From the NCBI GenBank assembly GCA_965204785.1, contig OZ242015.1, positions 3,244,115 through 3,308,114 of the forward strand: a DNA stretch of 64,000 bases, in the 5' to 3' direction. Source of the DNA: Alphaproteobacteria bacterium. GTDB taxonomy: Bacteria > Pseudomonadota > Alphaproteobacteria > SP197. This document shows, piece after piece, positions 1 through 9,076 of this stretch. Position numbers and translations under genes: made by a program. Position 1 is the stretch's first letter. Each line of letters opens with the position of its first letter. A model generated the notes under the pieces. That model did no database searches and had not been told where the DNA came from. It was given only the letters and a program-made list of their open reading frames with translations.

Positions 1-146
1 CGGCCAAAGACCTGCTGGAGCGCAATCCCGATCCCAGCGAGACGGAGGTGCGCTACTGGTTGGCAGGCAATCTGTGCCGCTGCACCGGGTACGACAAGAT
101 CATCCGCGCGGTCATGGAGACCGCCGTCGACATGCGGGGAGCCTGA
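1..146 (+). CDS. 2Fe-2S small subunit (CoxS/XdhC-like) of a Mo-hydroxylase, 3' part only
   Basis: Frame from base 3 reads AKDLLERNPDPSETEVRYWLAGNLCRCTGYDKIIRAV...; GNLCRCTGY motif; stop at 144-146, just before the large subunit. Confidence 0.9.
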   Translation, partial: AKDLLERNPDPSETEVRYWLAGNLCRCTGYDKIIRAVMETAVDMRGA

Positions 147-149
147 ACC

Positions 150-2423
150 ATGCCTCTGGATATGGACCTGACGCCCAAGACCGAGTTCGAGAAGGTAGGC
201 ACCCGCCCCGTGCGCCCCGACGGTGCCGACAAGGTGACCGGACGCGCGCTTTACGGCGCCGACATGGCCAAGGCCGGCATGCTGACCGGCAAGGTGCTGA
301 GGAGCCCGCACGCACACGCCAGGATCGTCAAGATCAATACATCCAAAGCCGAGGCGCTGGAAGGCGTGAAGGCCGTCGTGACCCGTGACGACTTCCCCAC
401 GCTGGGTGCTGATGGCACGGTCGATGTCGAGGCCGAGGAGAACGTGTGGGATGTCGCGAGGAACGTCATGGCCCGCGACAAGGCGCTCTATGAGGGCCAT
501 GCGGTCGCGGCGGTCGCGGCAACTTCTGCAGCGGTCGCCAGGAAGGCGTTGAAGCTGATCGATGTCACCTATGAGGTGCTGCCGCATGTGACCGATGTCG
601 ATGAGGCCATGAAGCCTGGCGCGCCGGTCCTGCACGAGGACATGCGCACCGAAGGCCTTGAGGAGCCGTCCGACGCACCGACCAACGTGGCCGGTTATTC
701 CAAGGCCGAGATGGGCGACGCCGCGGCGGGCCTCGCCAAGGCCGATCTGGTGGTCGAGCGCTCGTTCCGCACCGAGGCCGCCCATCAGGGTTACATCGAA
801 CCCCATGCGTGTCTTGCGAGCGTGTCGCGCGACGGCTTGGCGGAGCTGTGGTGCTGCACCCAAGGCCACTACACCGTGCGCGCCATGTGCGCGGAAATTC
901 TGGGCATGGAGCTCTCGGACCTGCGCGTGATCTCCTCGGAGATCGGCGGCGGGTTCGGCGGCAAGACGACCGTCTTCCTGGAACCCGTCGCGCTGGCGCT
1001 GGCCAAAAAGAGCCACCGGCCGGTCAAGATAACCATGGGCCGTGATGAGGTCTTCCGCGCGTCCGGCCCGACCTCCTCGGCCAGCATGGACGTCAAGATC
1101 GGCGTCACCATGGACGGCAGGATCACCGGATGCGAGGGCAGCTTCCGCTATCAGGGCGGCGCCTTTGCCGGTTCTCCCGTCTTGCTCGCGTTCTGCGGCA
1201 TGGCGCCCTATACCTGCGAGGATGTGACGCTCCGTTGTTACGATGTGGTCTGCAACCGGCCCAAACAAGCGGCCTATCGTGCGCCGGGTGCGCCGATGGC
1301 CTGCTACGCGATCGAGTCGGTGCTCGACGAGATCGCCCAGAAGCTGGACATGGACCCGATCAACCTGCGCCTGAAAAACGCGGTGCAGGAAGGCAAGCGG
1401 TCGATCTACGGCCCGACCTTTATCCGGATCGGTTTCATCGAGTGTCTGGAGGCGGCCCGCGATCACGCGAACCTGAAGGCCGAACTGGGGCCAAACCAGG
1501 CGCGCGGCATCGCCGCGGGCTTCTGGGCCAATTACGGCGGACAGACCAGCGTGTCGCTCAACGTCAATACCGACGGCACGATCCTGCTTTCCCTCGGCAC
1601 GCCGGATATCGGCGGCAGTCGTGCGAGCATGTGCCTGATGGCGGCCGAGGAACTGGGGGTGGGTTACGCAAAGGTCAAGGCGATCATCGCCGACACCCAT
1701 GCCCTGGGCCATAACGACACGACCGGCGGTAGCCGCGTGACCCATTCGGCCGGCATGGCGACCATTGAGGCCGCACGCAAGGTGATCGAGATCATGAAAC
1801 AGCGCGCAGCGCAGATCTGGGGCATCGAGGCTGCGGCCGTCGTCTGGGAGAACGGCCAAGTCCGCCCGTCCGGCCCCAATGCCGGCGACCACAAGCCGAT
1901 GAGCTTCGCCGAAATGGCGGCACTCTCCCATTCCACGGGCGGCCCGATCGCCGGTCATGCCGAGATCAACGCCGAAGGTGCGGGCAACAGCTTTGCCGTA
2001 CATGTGGCCGATGTGGAGATCGATCCCGAGACCGGCCACACTACGGTGCTGCGTTACCTCACCGTGCAGGACGCGGGCAAGGCGATCCATCCCGACTATG
2101 TCGAGGGCCAGTACCAGGGCGGCGCGGTGCAGGGCATCGGCTGGGCGCTGAACGAGGAATACATCTACAACGAGGACGGAAAGCTGCAGAACCCGGGGTT
2201 CCTGGACTACCGCGTGCCGGTCGCCAGCGACTTGCCGATGATCGATACCGTGATCGTGGAGGTGCCCAATCCGGGCCACCCCTATGGCGTGCGCGGCGTT
2301 GGCGAGACGCCCATCGTGCCGCCGCTGGCGGCTGTCGGCAACGCGGTGAGCCGCGCCATCGGCAAACGCCTCACGCAGATTCCCATGTCCCCACCCCGCA
2401 TCGTCGAAGCGATCGACGGGTGA
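150..2423 (+). CDS. Xanthine dehydrogenase family molybdopterin-binding large subunit (CoxL-like)
   Basis: 757 aa; KVTGRALY, RSPHAHA, EPHA, GGGFGGK, AYRAPG, GQYQGGAVQGIG, GVGE motifs. Confidence 0.95.
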   Translation: MPLDMDLTPKTEFEKVGTRPVRPDGADKVTGRALYGADMAKAGMLTGKVLRSPHAHARIVKINTSKAEALEGVKAVVTRDDFPTLGADGTVDVEAEENVWDVARNVMARDKALYEGHAVAAVAATSAAVARKALKLIDVTYEVLPHVTDVDEAMKPGAPVLHEDMRTEGLEEPSDAPTNVAGYSKAEMGDAAAGLAKADLVVERSFRTEAAHQGYIEPHACLASVSRDGLAELWCCTQGHYTVRAMCAEILGMELSDLRVISSEIGGGFGGKTTVFLEPVALALAKKSHRPVKITMGRDEVFRASGPTSSASMDVKIGVTMDGRITGCEGSFRYQGGAFAGSPVLLAFCGMAPYTCEDVTLRCYDVVCNRPKQAAYRAPGAPMACYAIESVLDEIAQKLDMDPINLRLKNAVQEGKRSIYGPTFIRIGFIECLEAARDHANLKAELGPNQARGIAAGFWANYGGQTSVSLNVNTDGTILLSLGTPDIGGSRASMCLMAAEELGVGYAKVKAIIADTHALGHNDTTGGSRVTHSAGMATIEAARKVIEIMKQRAAQIWGIEAAAVVWENGQVRPSGPNAGDHKPMSFAEMAALSHSTGGPIAGHAEINAEGAGNSFAVHVADVEIDPETGHTTVLRYLTVQDAGKAIHPDYVEGQYQGGAVQGIGWALNEEYIYNEDGKLQNPGFLDYRVPVASDLPMIDTVIVEVPNPGHPYGVRGVGETPIVPPLAAVGNAVSRAIGKRLTQIPMSPPRIVEAIDG

Positions 2424-2450
2424 GATGATCGCTCCGGCACGCACCTTATC

Positions 2451-2573
2451 TTTCCTTCCCCCTTGAGGGGGAAGGCCAGGATGGGGGTATGCGGCGCAAG
2501 CCGCATCGAAGTCCGGCGCCAGGGAAACGCTGCGTCCCCTATTCTAGCCCTCCCTCGCTTGGGGGAGGGAAAA
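2451..2573. repeat. Palindromic intergenic element (CCCCCTTGAGGGGG type)
   Basis: TTTCCTTCCCCCTTGAGGGGGAAGG...ATGGGGGT mirrored by CCCCTATTCTAGCCCTCCCTCGCTTGGGGGAGGGAAA; internal hairpin ATGCGGC-GCAA-GCCGCAT. Confidence 0.8.
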
Positions 2574-2588
2574 AGCCATGGGCCCGTC

Positions 2589-2833
2589 ATGATCGACGTG
2601 CGGCTTGGCGCGACATTGCGGGCAAAGGCCGGCGGTCGGGAGTCGTTTCCGGTCGAGGCGGAGAACGTCAAGCAGCTGCTGGACCGGCTGGGTGAGCCTA
2701 TCCCGAACTTGCGTCGGTGCTGGAACGCGGCGTTGCCGTGGCGATCGTCGGCCGGCTCTGCCAGAAGGCCTTGCTGCAGCCGGTCCTCGACGGTGCGGAG
2801 GTCTATCTGATGCCGCGCGTCGTGGGAGGTTGA
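2589..2833 (+). pseudogene. MoaD/ThiS-family sulfur carrier, frameshifted
   Basis: MIDVRLGATLR...VKQLLDRLGE, shift near 2697, then YPELASVLERGVAVAI...EVYLMPRVVGG* with the C-terminal GG. Confidence 0.8.
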
Positions 2834-2837
2834 GACC

Positions 2838-3291
2838 ATGGTCCAGAGCAAGGCGACAACAGTCCAAGCCTATCTGAAGGAGTTGCGGGAGGACCGGCGC
2901 AGCGCACTTCAGGCCGTGCGCCAGACGATCCTGGCCGACGGGTTCGAAGAGCTCATGGACTTCGGCATGATCGCCTATGTCGTGCCGCTTGCGCGTTATC
3001 CGAGAGACCTACAACAAGAAGCCGCTGATGTACGCCGCGCTGGCCAGCCAGAAAAACCACATGGCGGTTTATCTGATGGGAAGCTATTCCGACAGCAGGG
3101 TCGAAGGCTGGTTCACGCAAGCCTATGCCGCCATCGGCAAGAAGCTTGACATGGGCAAATCCTGCGTGCGCTTCAAGAAGCTGGGAGACCTGCCGCTCGA
3201 TGTCGTCGGCGAAGCCATCGTCCGCATGGCCCCCGCCGAGTTCATCGCAAACTACGAAAAGGCGCGGGAGATTAAGATCCTACGCACTTAG
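2838..3291 (+). pseudogene. DUF1801 (YdhG-like) protein, frameshifted
   Basis: MVQSKATTVQAYL...GMIAYVVPLARYP and ETYNKKPLMYAALASQKNHMAVYL...LDMGKSCVRFKK lie in two frames, shift near 3002. Confidence 0.85.
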
Positions 3292-3347
3292 TAGATACGG
3301 GCTTAACTGTTCGTTTGTGCGTTGCTACCTATGTTGCATAGGCAATC

Positions 3348-4241
3348 ATGAATATCACCAGCGTTTTCTGCAAGTTCCCTGATCAGGAAGCCTGCATTGT
3401 GCATCTTGAAAAGGTACGCTGGGCCAACGATCCGCATTGCGCGCACTGTGGACCGACACATGTGGCCCGCAAGGATGATCAGGATCGCATTGGGCGCTGG
3501 AACTGTCATAGGTGCAAGTCCAGTTTTAACGTGCTGTCCGGTACGATCTTCGAGAAGACCAAAATACCACTTCAAAAGTGGTTTTTGGGTATCGCGCTGA
3601 TCGTCAACGCCAAGAAAAGCCTGTCCAGTTGCCAATTGGCGCGTGATCTTGATATGAAACAGAAATCCGCATGGTATATGCAACAGCGCATCCGAACTGA
3701 AATGGCCAGCAAACAGGGCGAGGTTCTTCTGCAAGGCATTGTAGAAGCCGACGAAACCTATGTTGGCGGAAAGCCGCGCAAGCGCAATAATGGCGACAAA
3801 ACCGAAGATTTGCCCCCGCATAATCCACGTGGCCGTGGAACCCGCAAAACCCCGATCGTCGGCGCTGTAGAGCGCGGTGGCAAAGTTGTCGCCAAAGTTG
3901 CCGAAAGCCTGTCTGGCAAAGCTGGTTTGAAGTTCGTTATGAGTGCTCTCGATCCTGATGGATCAACGCTCTTTACGGACGAGTTCAAATCCTACAACGC
4001 GGTTCGCGCCACGATGGCCCATGCCACGGTCAATCACGGCAAGGGGAAATACGTTTGCGGCGACACACACGTCAACACGATGGAAGGCTTCTGGTCGCTT
4101 CTCAAACGCGCCTGGTATGGGACGCATCATCACTACAGCAAGCGTCACATGTCGCTCTACGTGGCCGAGGCGTGCTCGAAATACAACGGGCGGAAAAACA
4201 AAAGTGCTTTTGGCGCTTTCATGCGTGGATGTCTCGCATGA
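3348..4241 (+). mobile_element. IS1595-family transposase (ISXO2-like), apparently intact
   Basis: Zn ribbon CAHC/CHRC, HTH (SSCQLARDL), DDE motifs VEADETYVGG, TDEFKSY, NTMEGFWS; lower GC than flanks. Confidence 0.92.
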
Positions 4242-4375
4242 ACCGCCTCTACTACGGCGATTGCCTGACCATCATGCGGGGTATGCCGCTTGGCAGCGTG
4301 GACCTGATCTATCTCGTTCCGCCGTTCAACTCCAAACGCGACTGCAATGCAATCTACAAGGACGAAACGGAATGA
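4238..4375 (+). pseudogene. Site-specific DNA methyltransferase (N4/N6, beta-type), N-terminal stub
   Basis: MNRLYYGDCLTIMRGMPLGSVDLIYLVPPFNS matches DLIYLDPPFNS with D->V; ATG overlaps the transposase TGA; ends after 45 codons. Confidence 0.85.
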
Positions 4376-4490
4376 CCCCTTGTTGGGGTGGTTTGTAAGC
4401 GGGAGGCCCACTTTGGGCCGGCAGGTCGCGCAAACGGCGTAAGCCAAGCATGCGGAGCATGTGCCCGGCGACTGAGGGAACAGACACAAA
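4368..4490 (+). repeat. Dispersed CTGAGGGAACA-family repeat arm
   Basis: TGTTGGGGTGGTTTGTAAG...AGCCAAGCATGCGGAGCATG...CCGGCGACTGAGGGAACAGA aligns with copies at 44731-44908 (-), 46664-46816 and 52785-52908. Confidence 0.8.
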
Positions 4491-7400
4491 CTACTCCTCG
4501 CCCAGACCGCCGCCGCCGGGGAGTTCGAGGATGAGGCGGTCGCCGGCGGGTACGATCTGTTTGCCTTTGCCTTTGAGGATCTTGCCGCTGGCAAGGCGGA
4601 TCGCGCCGGGTTCGGCGTCGCCTCCGCCGTCGCGGCCGCGGGCGGGGTGGTCGATGCGGTCGAAGAGTGCGAGCACGGCAAAGGGTGCGCCCTCACCGTG
4701 TTCGAGCTCAATCACCTGGCCGTCGCCGCCGCGGTACTTGCCCTTGCCGCCCGAACCAGACGTGAGCTCTTTGCGCGTGAAGATCATGGGCGAGATGGAT
4801 TCGGTGATCTCGACCGGCGTGTTCCGCACGCCCGATGGGAAGGCCGTGGCCGAGAGGCCGTTCTTGCCCGGACGCGCGCCGGTGCCGCCGGAATGGAAGA
4901 TGGTGACGGAGAACGGTGTGGCATCGCCGTAGTCGTGCTGTTCGGTCACGCCATGGCCGCCCAGCAGGGAGGGGTTCCACAGGCTGGAACTGCCCTCGGC
5001 CGGCACGCTGCCGGGCACGGCCTGACCCAGACAGCCCAGCACGACATCGGGCAGCATCTGGCCGATGACGTGGCGCACGGTGACGGCGGCCGGACGCGGG
5101 GCGTTGAGGATACAGCCCTCCGGTGCGGTGATCCGCACCGGGCTCAGCGAGCCGGTGTTGTTGGGCACCTCGCGCCCGACCATGCCGCGGATACCGAAGC
5201 TGGCATAGGCCTGGGTATAGGTGAGCGGCACGTTGATGCCGAAGGGCGACATCTCCGAGGTGCCGGAGAAATCAACCTCGATGCAGTCGTCGCCGATGGT
5301 CATGATTGCCTTCAGCCCGACCGGCTTGTCGTAGCCATCGACGGTCATCGACTGTTCCCAGGATCCGTGCGGCATGCGGCGGATTTCCTCGATCATAGCG
5401 CTGCGCGAAGTCTCAATGATGTGATCGGCGATCTCATCGAGGCCATTCATGCCGAACTCGTCCATCAGGTCGCGCAGACGTCGGCAGCCGACATCATTGC
5501 TGGTGGTGAGAGAGTAGAGATCGCCCACGACCTGGACCGGCTCGCGCACGTTGGCGCGCACGATGTCGAACACACTGTCGTTGGCCTCGCCGCCGTCGAA
5601 GAGGCGCATGATGGGGATACAAAGACCCTCTTCATAGACCTGCCCAGCATCGGGCCCAAAGCCCGGTCCGCCGATATCGACGACATGCACCGTGGAGGCG
5701 AAGAGGCCCACTGGTGCGCCGTTGCGGAAGCAGGGCGTGACGACGGTGAAGTCGAAGAGATGGCCCGTGCCGAACCAGGGGTCATTGGTGATGTAAACGT
5801 CCCCGTCCTGCATCGATTCCGGCGGGAACTTCTTCAGGAAAAAGCCGACAGAGGCCGCCATGGCGTTGACGTGGCCGGGCGTGCCGGTCACCGCCTGGGC
5901 GAGCATGCGCGACTTCAGGTCGAAGACGCCTGCGGAAAGGTCGCCGGCTTCGCGTACGGTTGTAGAGAAGGCGGTGCGGATGATCGCCTGTGCCTGTTCC
6001 TCGACAATGGCGATTATGCGGTCCCACAAGACCTGCTGGCGCAGGCCGGCGGCGAGATCGGCGGTCATGGTCGCGGTCTCGGCCTCGCGGGCAAGCACCA
6101 TGTCGCCTTCGGGTCCCACATCGCAGCGCCAGCCCGGCGGCACGATCGTGGTGGTCTGGTTCTCGCCCACGGCCGCGGGGCCGTTGAGACTGTCGCCTGT
6201 CTTGAGGTCGGTGCGTTCGTGGAGCGCGGCCTCGTCGCTATCGGCATGTCCGGGGAAGACGATGGCACGGTGCTCCTTGCCCTCGACGGTGCGTCGGGCC
6301 TCGCCCTCAAGGGACGCCTCGGAGGCCTCGTTGACCTGGGCATAGGCGGTGACGGACCAGGTCAGCACCTCGACCTCCAAGCCCGGCACGGTGCGACCGA
6401 ACTGGGCACGGTAGGCATCCTCGAAGGCTTCGATGATGTGCTGGTTGTCGCCTTTTTTCATCGCCCGGTCGGCTAGGTCGATTTTCACCTCGTGGCCTTG
6501 GCCGATATAGCGCGCATAGGCGTGGCGGCGCTCGACAATGGGCGCATCAGCCACGCCCAGCAAAACGACCTCGCGCGCCTCGGCGAGCATGGTGTCGAAG
6601 AGCTCGTTCAGCGCGTCGGCGTCGAAGGCCGACATGCGCACGTATCGGCTGCGTACCACTTCATAGGCCACGGGTGCGAGCAGGAAACCGATGGCCGAGC
6701 CGACGCCGGCATTGGCCGGCACGATGACCTTTCCCATGCCGAGCTTTTCGGCGAGCCGCGCGGCATGCAACGGGGCCGCACCGCCGAACGCGATCATGGT
6801 GCGCTGTTGGATATCCTTGCCGCGTTCGACCGCATGGACACGCGTGGCCGAGGCCATGTTTTCATCGACGATCTCAATCACGCCCAGCGCCGCGGCGGCG
6901 GCATTGAGATCCAGCGCCTTGCCGACATGCTTGTGGAGCGCGCGTTCGGTCGCGTTGCGGTCGAGCTTCATGGACCCGCTGGCGAAGGTATCGGCGTCCA
7001 GACGGCCCAGACTCAGGTTGGCGTCGGTCACCGCGGGCTTGTCGCCACCGCGCCCGTAACAGGCCGGGCCGGGCTCGGAACCGGCACTCTGGGGGCCGAC
7101 CTGGATGCGGCCCAGGTGATCGACCGATGCGAGCGATCCACCGCCCGCGCCGATCTCGACCAACTCCACGACCGGGATCTTGAGCGGCATGCCGCTCCCC
7201 TTCATGAAGCGGTGCGCGCGGTCGACTTCGACGGTGCGGCCCAGCAGCGGCTCGCCCTCGTCGATGAGGCAGATCTTGGCCGTAGTGCCGCCCATGTCGA
7301 AGCTGACGACGCTCTTCTCGCCCAGCCGTCGCGCCAGATGGCCCGCCAGGATGGCGCCGCCCGCCGGTCCGGACTCAATGAGGCGTACGGGGAATTCGCG

Positions 7401-8150
7401 CGCCGTGGCTATGGTCACCAGGCTGCCGCCCGAGGTCATCATCAGGCACGGCGCGGTGAAGCCCGCATCTTCCAGGCGATCTTCCACGTCCGCCAGATAG
7501 GCCGCCATGATCGGTTTGACATAGGCGTTGGCGACGGTCGTAGTCTGGCGTTCGTATTCGCGGATTTCTGGACAGACATCGCAGGAAAGCGACAGCGCGG
7601 CATCAAGTAGGTGTTCGGCGATCAGCGCACCGATTCGCCGCTCGTGCTCAGGGTTGGCATAGGCGTGCAGCAGACCGACGGCAACGCTGGTCACCTCTTC
7701 GCGTTTCAGAGTGTCGAGATGCTCCAGGACGGCGGCCTCGTCGAGCTCTTCGAGAACCCGCCCCGAGGCATTCACGCGCTCGGGCACGGGCAGACGCAGG
7801 GAACGGGGCACCAGGGGCGGCGTGCGGTCGGCCATGATGTCGTACTGGTCGAAGCGGTTCTCATAAGCGATTTCGAGCGAGTCGCGATGGCCTTGCGTGA
7901 CAAAAAGCGCGGTCACCGCGCCCTTGCGTTCGATGAGCGCGTTGGTCGCCAGCGTCGTGCCGTGCAGGATGAGGTCGATCTCGCTGGGTGTCACGCCTGC
8001 GGCCGCAACCACTTCCTCGACACCCGCCATGAACCCGTCGGCCGGCGCCTGAGGCGTGGTGAGAACCTTGGCCGTAGTCTGCTCGCCGTTCCGGTCGAGC
8101 ACGATGTCGGTGAAGGTGCCGCCGATATCGACGGCCAGACGGATGCTCAT
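4491..8150 (-). CDS. Fused hydantoinase A+B / 5-oxoprolinase-family protein
   Basis: DIGGTFTD, HGTTLATNA, SGPAGG, DMGGTT, GAGGGS, then B-domain NDPWFGTGHLFD, NTPVE, PGGGGLG; ATG at 8150 overlaps the upstream stop. Confidence 0.95.
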   Translation of the reverse strand: MSIRLAVDIGGTFTDIVLDRNGEQTTAKVLTTPQAPADGFMAGVEEVVAAAGVTPSEIDLILHGTTLATNALIERKGAVTALFVTQGHRDSLEIAYENRFDQYDIMADRTPPLVPRSLRLPVPERVNASGRVLEELDEAAVLEHLDTLKREEVTSVAVGLLHAYANPEHERRIGALIAEHLLDAALSLSCDVCPEIREYERQTTTVANAYVKPIMAAYLADVEDRLEDAGFTAPCLMMTSGGSLVTIATAREFPVRLIESGPAGGAILAGHLARRLGEKSVVSFDMGGTTAKICLIDEGEPLLGRTVEVDRAHRFMKGSGMPLKIPVVELVEIGAGGGSLASVDHLGRIQVGPQSAGSEPGPACYGRGGDKPAVTDANLSLGRLDADTFASGSMKLDRNATERALHKHVGKALDLNAAAAALGVIEIVDENMASATRVHAVERGKDIQQRTMIAFGGAAPLHAARLAEKLGMGKVIVPANAGVGSAIGFLLAPVAYEVVRSRYVRMSAFDADALNELFDTMLAEAREVVLLGVADAPIVERRHAYARYIGQGHEVKIDLADRAMKKGDNQHIIEAFEDAYRAQFGRTVPGLEVEVLTWSVTAYAQVNEASEASLEGEARRTVEGKEHRAIVFPGHADSDEAALHERTDLKTGDSLNGPAAVGENQTTTIVPPGWRCDVGPEGDMVLAREAETATMTADLAAGLRQQVLWDRIIAIVEEQAQAIIRTAFSTTVREAGDLSAGVFDLKSRMLAQAVTGTPGHVNAMAASVGFFLKKFPPESMQDGDVYITNDPWFGTGHLFDFTVVTPCFRNGAPVGLFASTVHVVDIGGPGFGPDAGQVYEEGLCIPIMRLFDGGEANDSVFDIVRANVREPVQVVGDLYSLTTSNDVGCRRLRDLMDEFGMNGLDEIADHIIETSRSAMIEEIRRMPHGSWEQSMTVDGYDKPVGLKAIMTIGDDCIEVDFSGTSEMSPFGINVPLTYTQAYASFGIRGMVGREVPNNTGSLSPVRITAPEGCILNAPRPAAVTVRHVIGQMLPDVVLGCLGQAVPGSVPAEGSSSLWNPSLLGGHGVTEQHDYGDATPFSVTIFHSGGTGARPGKNGLSATAFPSGVRNTPVEITESISPMIFTRKELTSGSGGKGKYRGGDGQVIELEHGEGAPFAVLALFDRIDHPARGRDGGGDAEPGAIRLASGKILKGKGKQIVPAGDRLILELPGGGGLGEE

Positions 8151-9052
8151 GACCACTCCAGGCGGAAATCGAAGTCGCGTTCAAGCTTGGCCTTGAGCTT
8201 CTGCCCGTTCTCGTCCGAGAGTGCATCGAGCGGCGGGCGCACGGTTTTCCAGCGGGCGTCACGCGTGGCGTCGGCCAGCAGCCATTTCATCGCCGGAATC
8301 GGACCATAGGGCTGAACGGCGAGCCGGAACGCCTTCACGCGGGCCTGGCGTGCGTCGGCATCGTCGCTCTGCCAGTTCTCGAAAATACCGTGGATCGCCG
8401 CGGCGTTGATGTTGGCCGTGGCCGTGATGCAGCCCGAAGCGCCGATGCGCAGGGCTTCAAGTAGCGACACCTCCGAGCCCGGAAAGGTTTGGAGCGCGGG
8501 CAGGGCCTCCAGGATCGCCTTGGTGTTTCCCCAGTCGCCGGAGCTGTCCTTCAAACCGACGACATGATCGGGGAAATCGGCCTGCAGGCGGGCGATGAGG
8601 TCAAGGCCGAAGCCGACCACCGCGACCGGCGGAATGTGATAGAGGTAAATGCGGATCTGCGGCACCGATTCGATCAAAGCGGCGAAATAGGCGTGGATGC
8701 CCTGATTGCTCACCCCTTTGAAATAGAACGGCGGCAGCACCATCACGCCGATGCAGCCAAGGTCCATGGCATGGCGCGAAAGATCGGCCGTGTCGGGAAG
8801 GTTGGTGAGGCCCGTCCCGACCATCAAACGGTCGTCGGGAATGCCGTCGGCCAGTAACGCTTCGAGCAGATGCTTGCGTTCGGCCATGCCGATGGAAAGC
8901 GCCTCGCCCGTCGTGCCGAACGGCGTGATTGCCGTGCAGCCCTGGTTGAGCAGCCAGTGCGCATGACGCAGACAAAGGTCTTCGGCGACGCTGAGGTCGT
9001 CGTTGAACGGCGTCAGGTTGGCCGAAACGACGCCCCGCAGCTTTTCGGCCAT
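8147..9052 (-). CDS. Dihydrodipicolinate synthase family aldolase/lyase
   Basis: GTTGE, YLYHIP and Schiff-base lysine motif GLKDSSGD. Confidence 0.92.
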   Translation of the reverse strand: MAEKLRGVVSANLTPFNDDLSVAEDLCLRHAHWLLNQGCTAITPFGTTGEALSIGMAERKHLLEALLADGIPDDRLMVGTGLTNLPDTADLSRHAMDLGCIGVMVLPPFYFKGVSNQGIHAYFAALIESVPQIRIYLYHIPPVAVVGFGLDLIARLQADFPDHVVGLKDSSGDWGNTKAILEALPALQTFPGSEVSLLEALRIGASGCITATANINAAAIHGIFENWQSDDADARQARVKAFRLAVQPYGPIPAMKWLLADATRDARWKTVRPPLDALSDENGQKLKAKLERDFDFRLEWS

Positions 9053-9076
9053 GCAGTACTCACAGAATCAAAGGGA

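Noticed and set aside
150-2423. Aerobic CO dehydrogenase call
   Set aside because: Active-site loop lacks the Cu-binding CSFR motif
2838-3291. Programmed frameshifting in split genes such as DUF1801 and MoaD
   Set aside because: No slippery sequences at the breaks, and decay is pervasive in the window
4647-8309. Long plus-strand ORFs (609, 372, 232 aa) and similar antisense ORFs elsewhere (8870, 12758, 27506, 30059, 53008, 62093)
   Set aside because: Shadow frames opposite well-supported GC-rich genes; no family motifs
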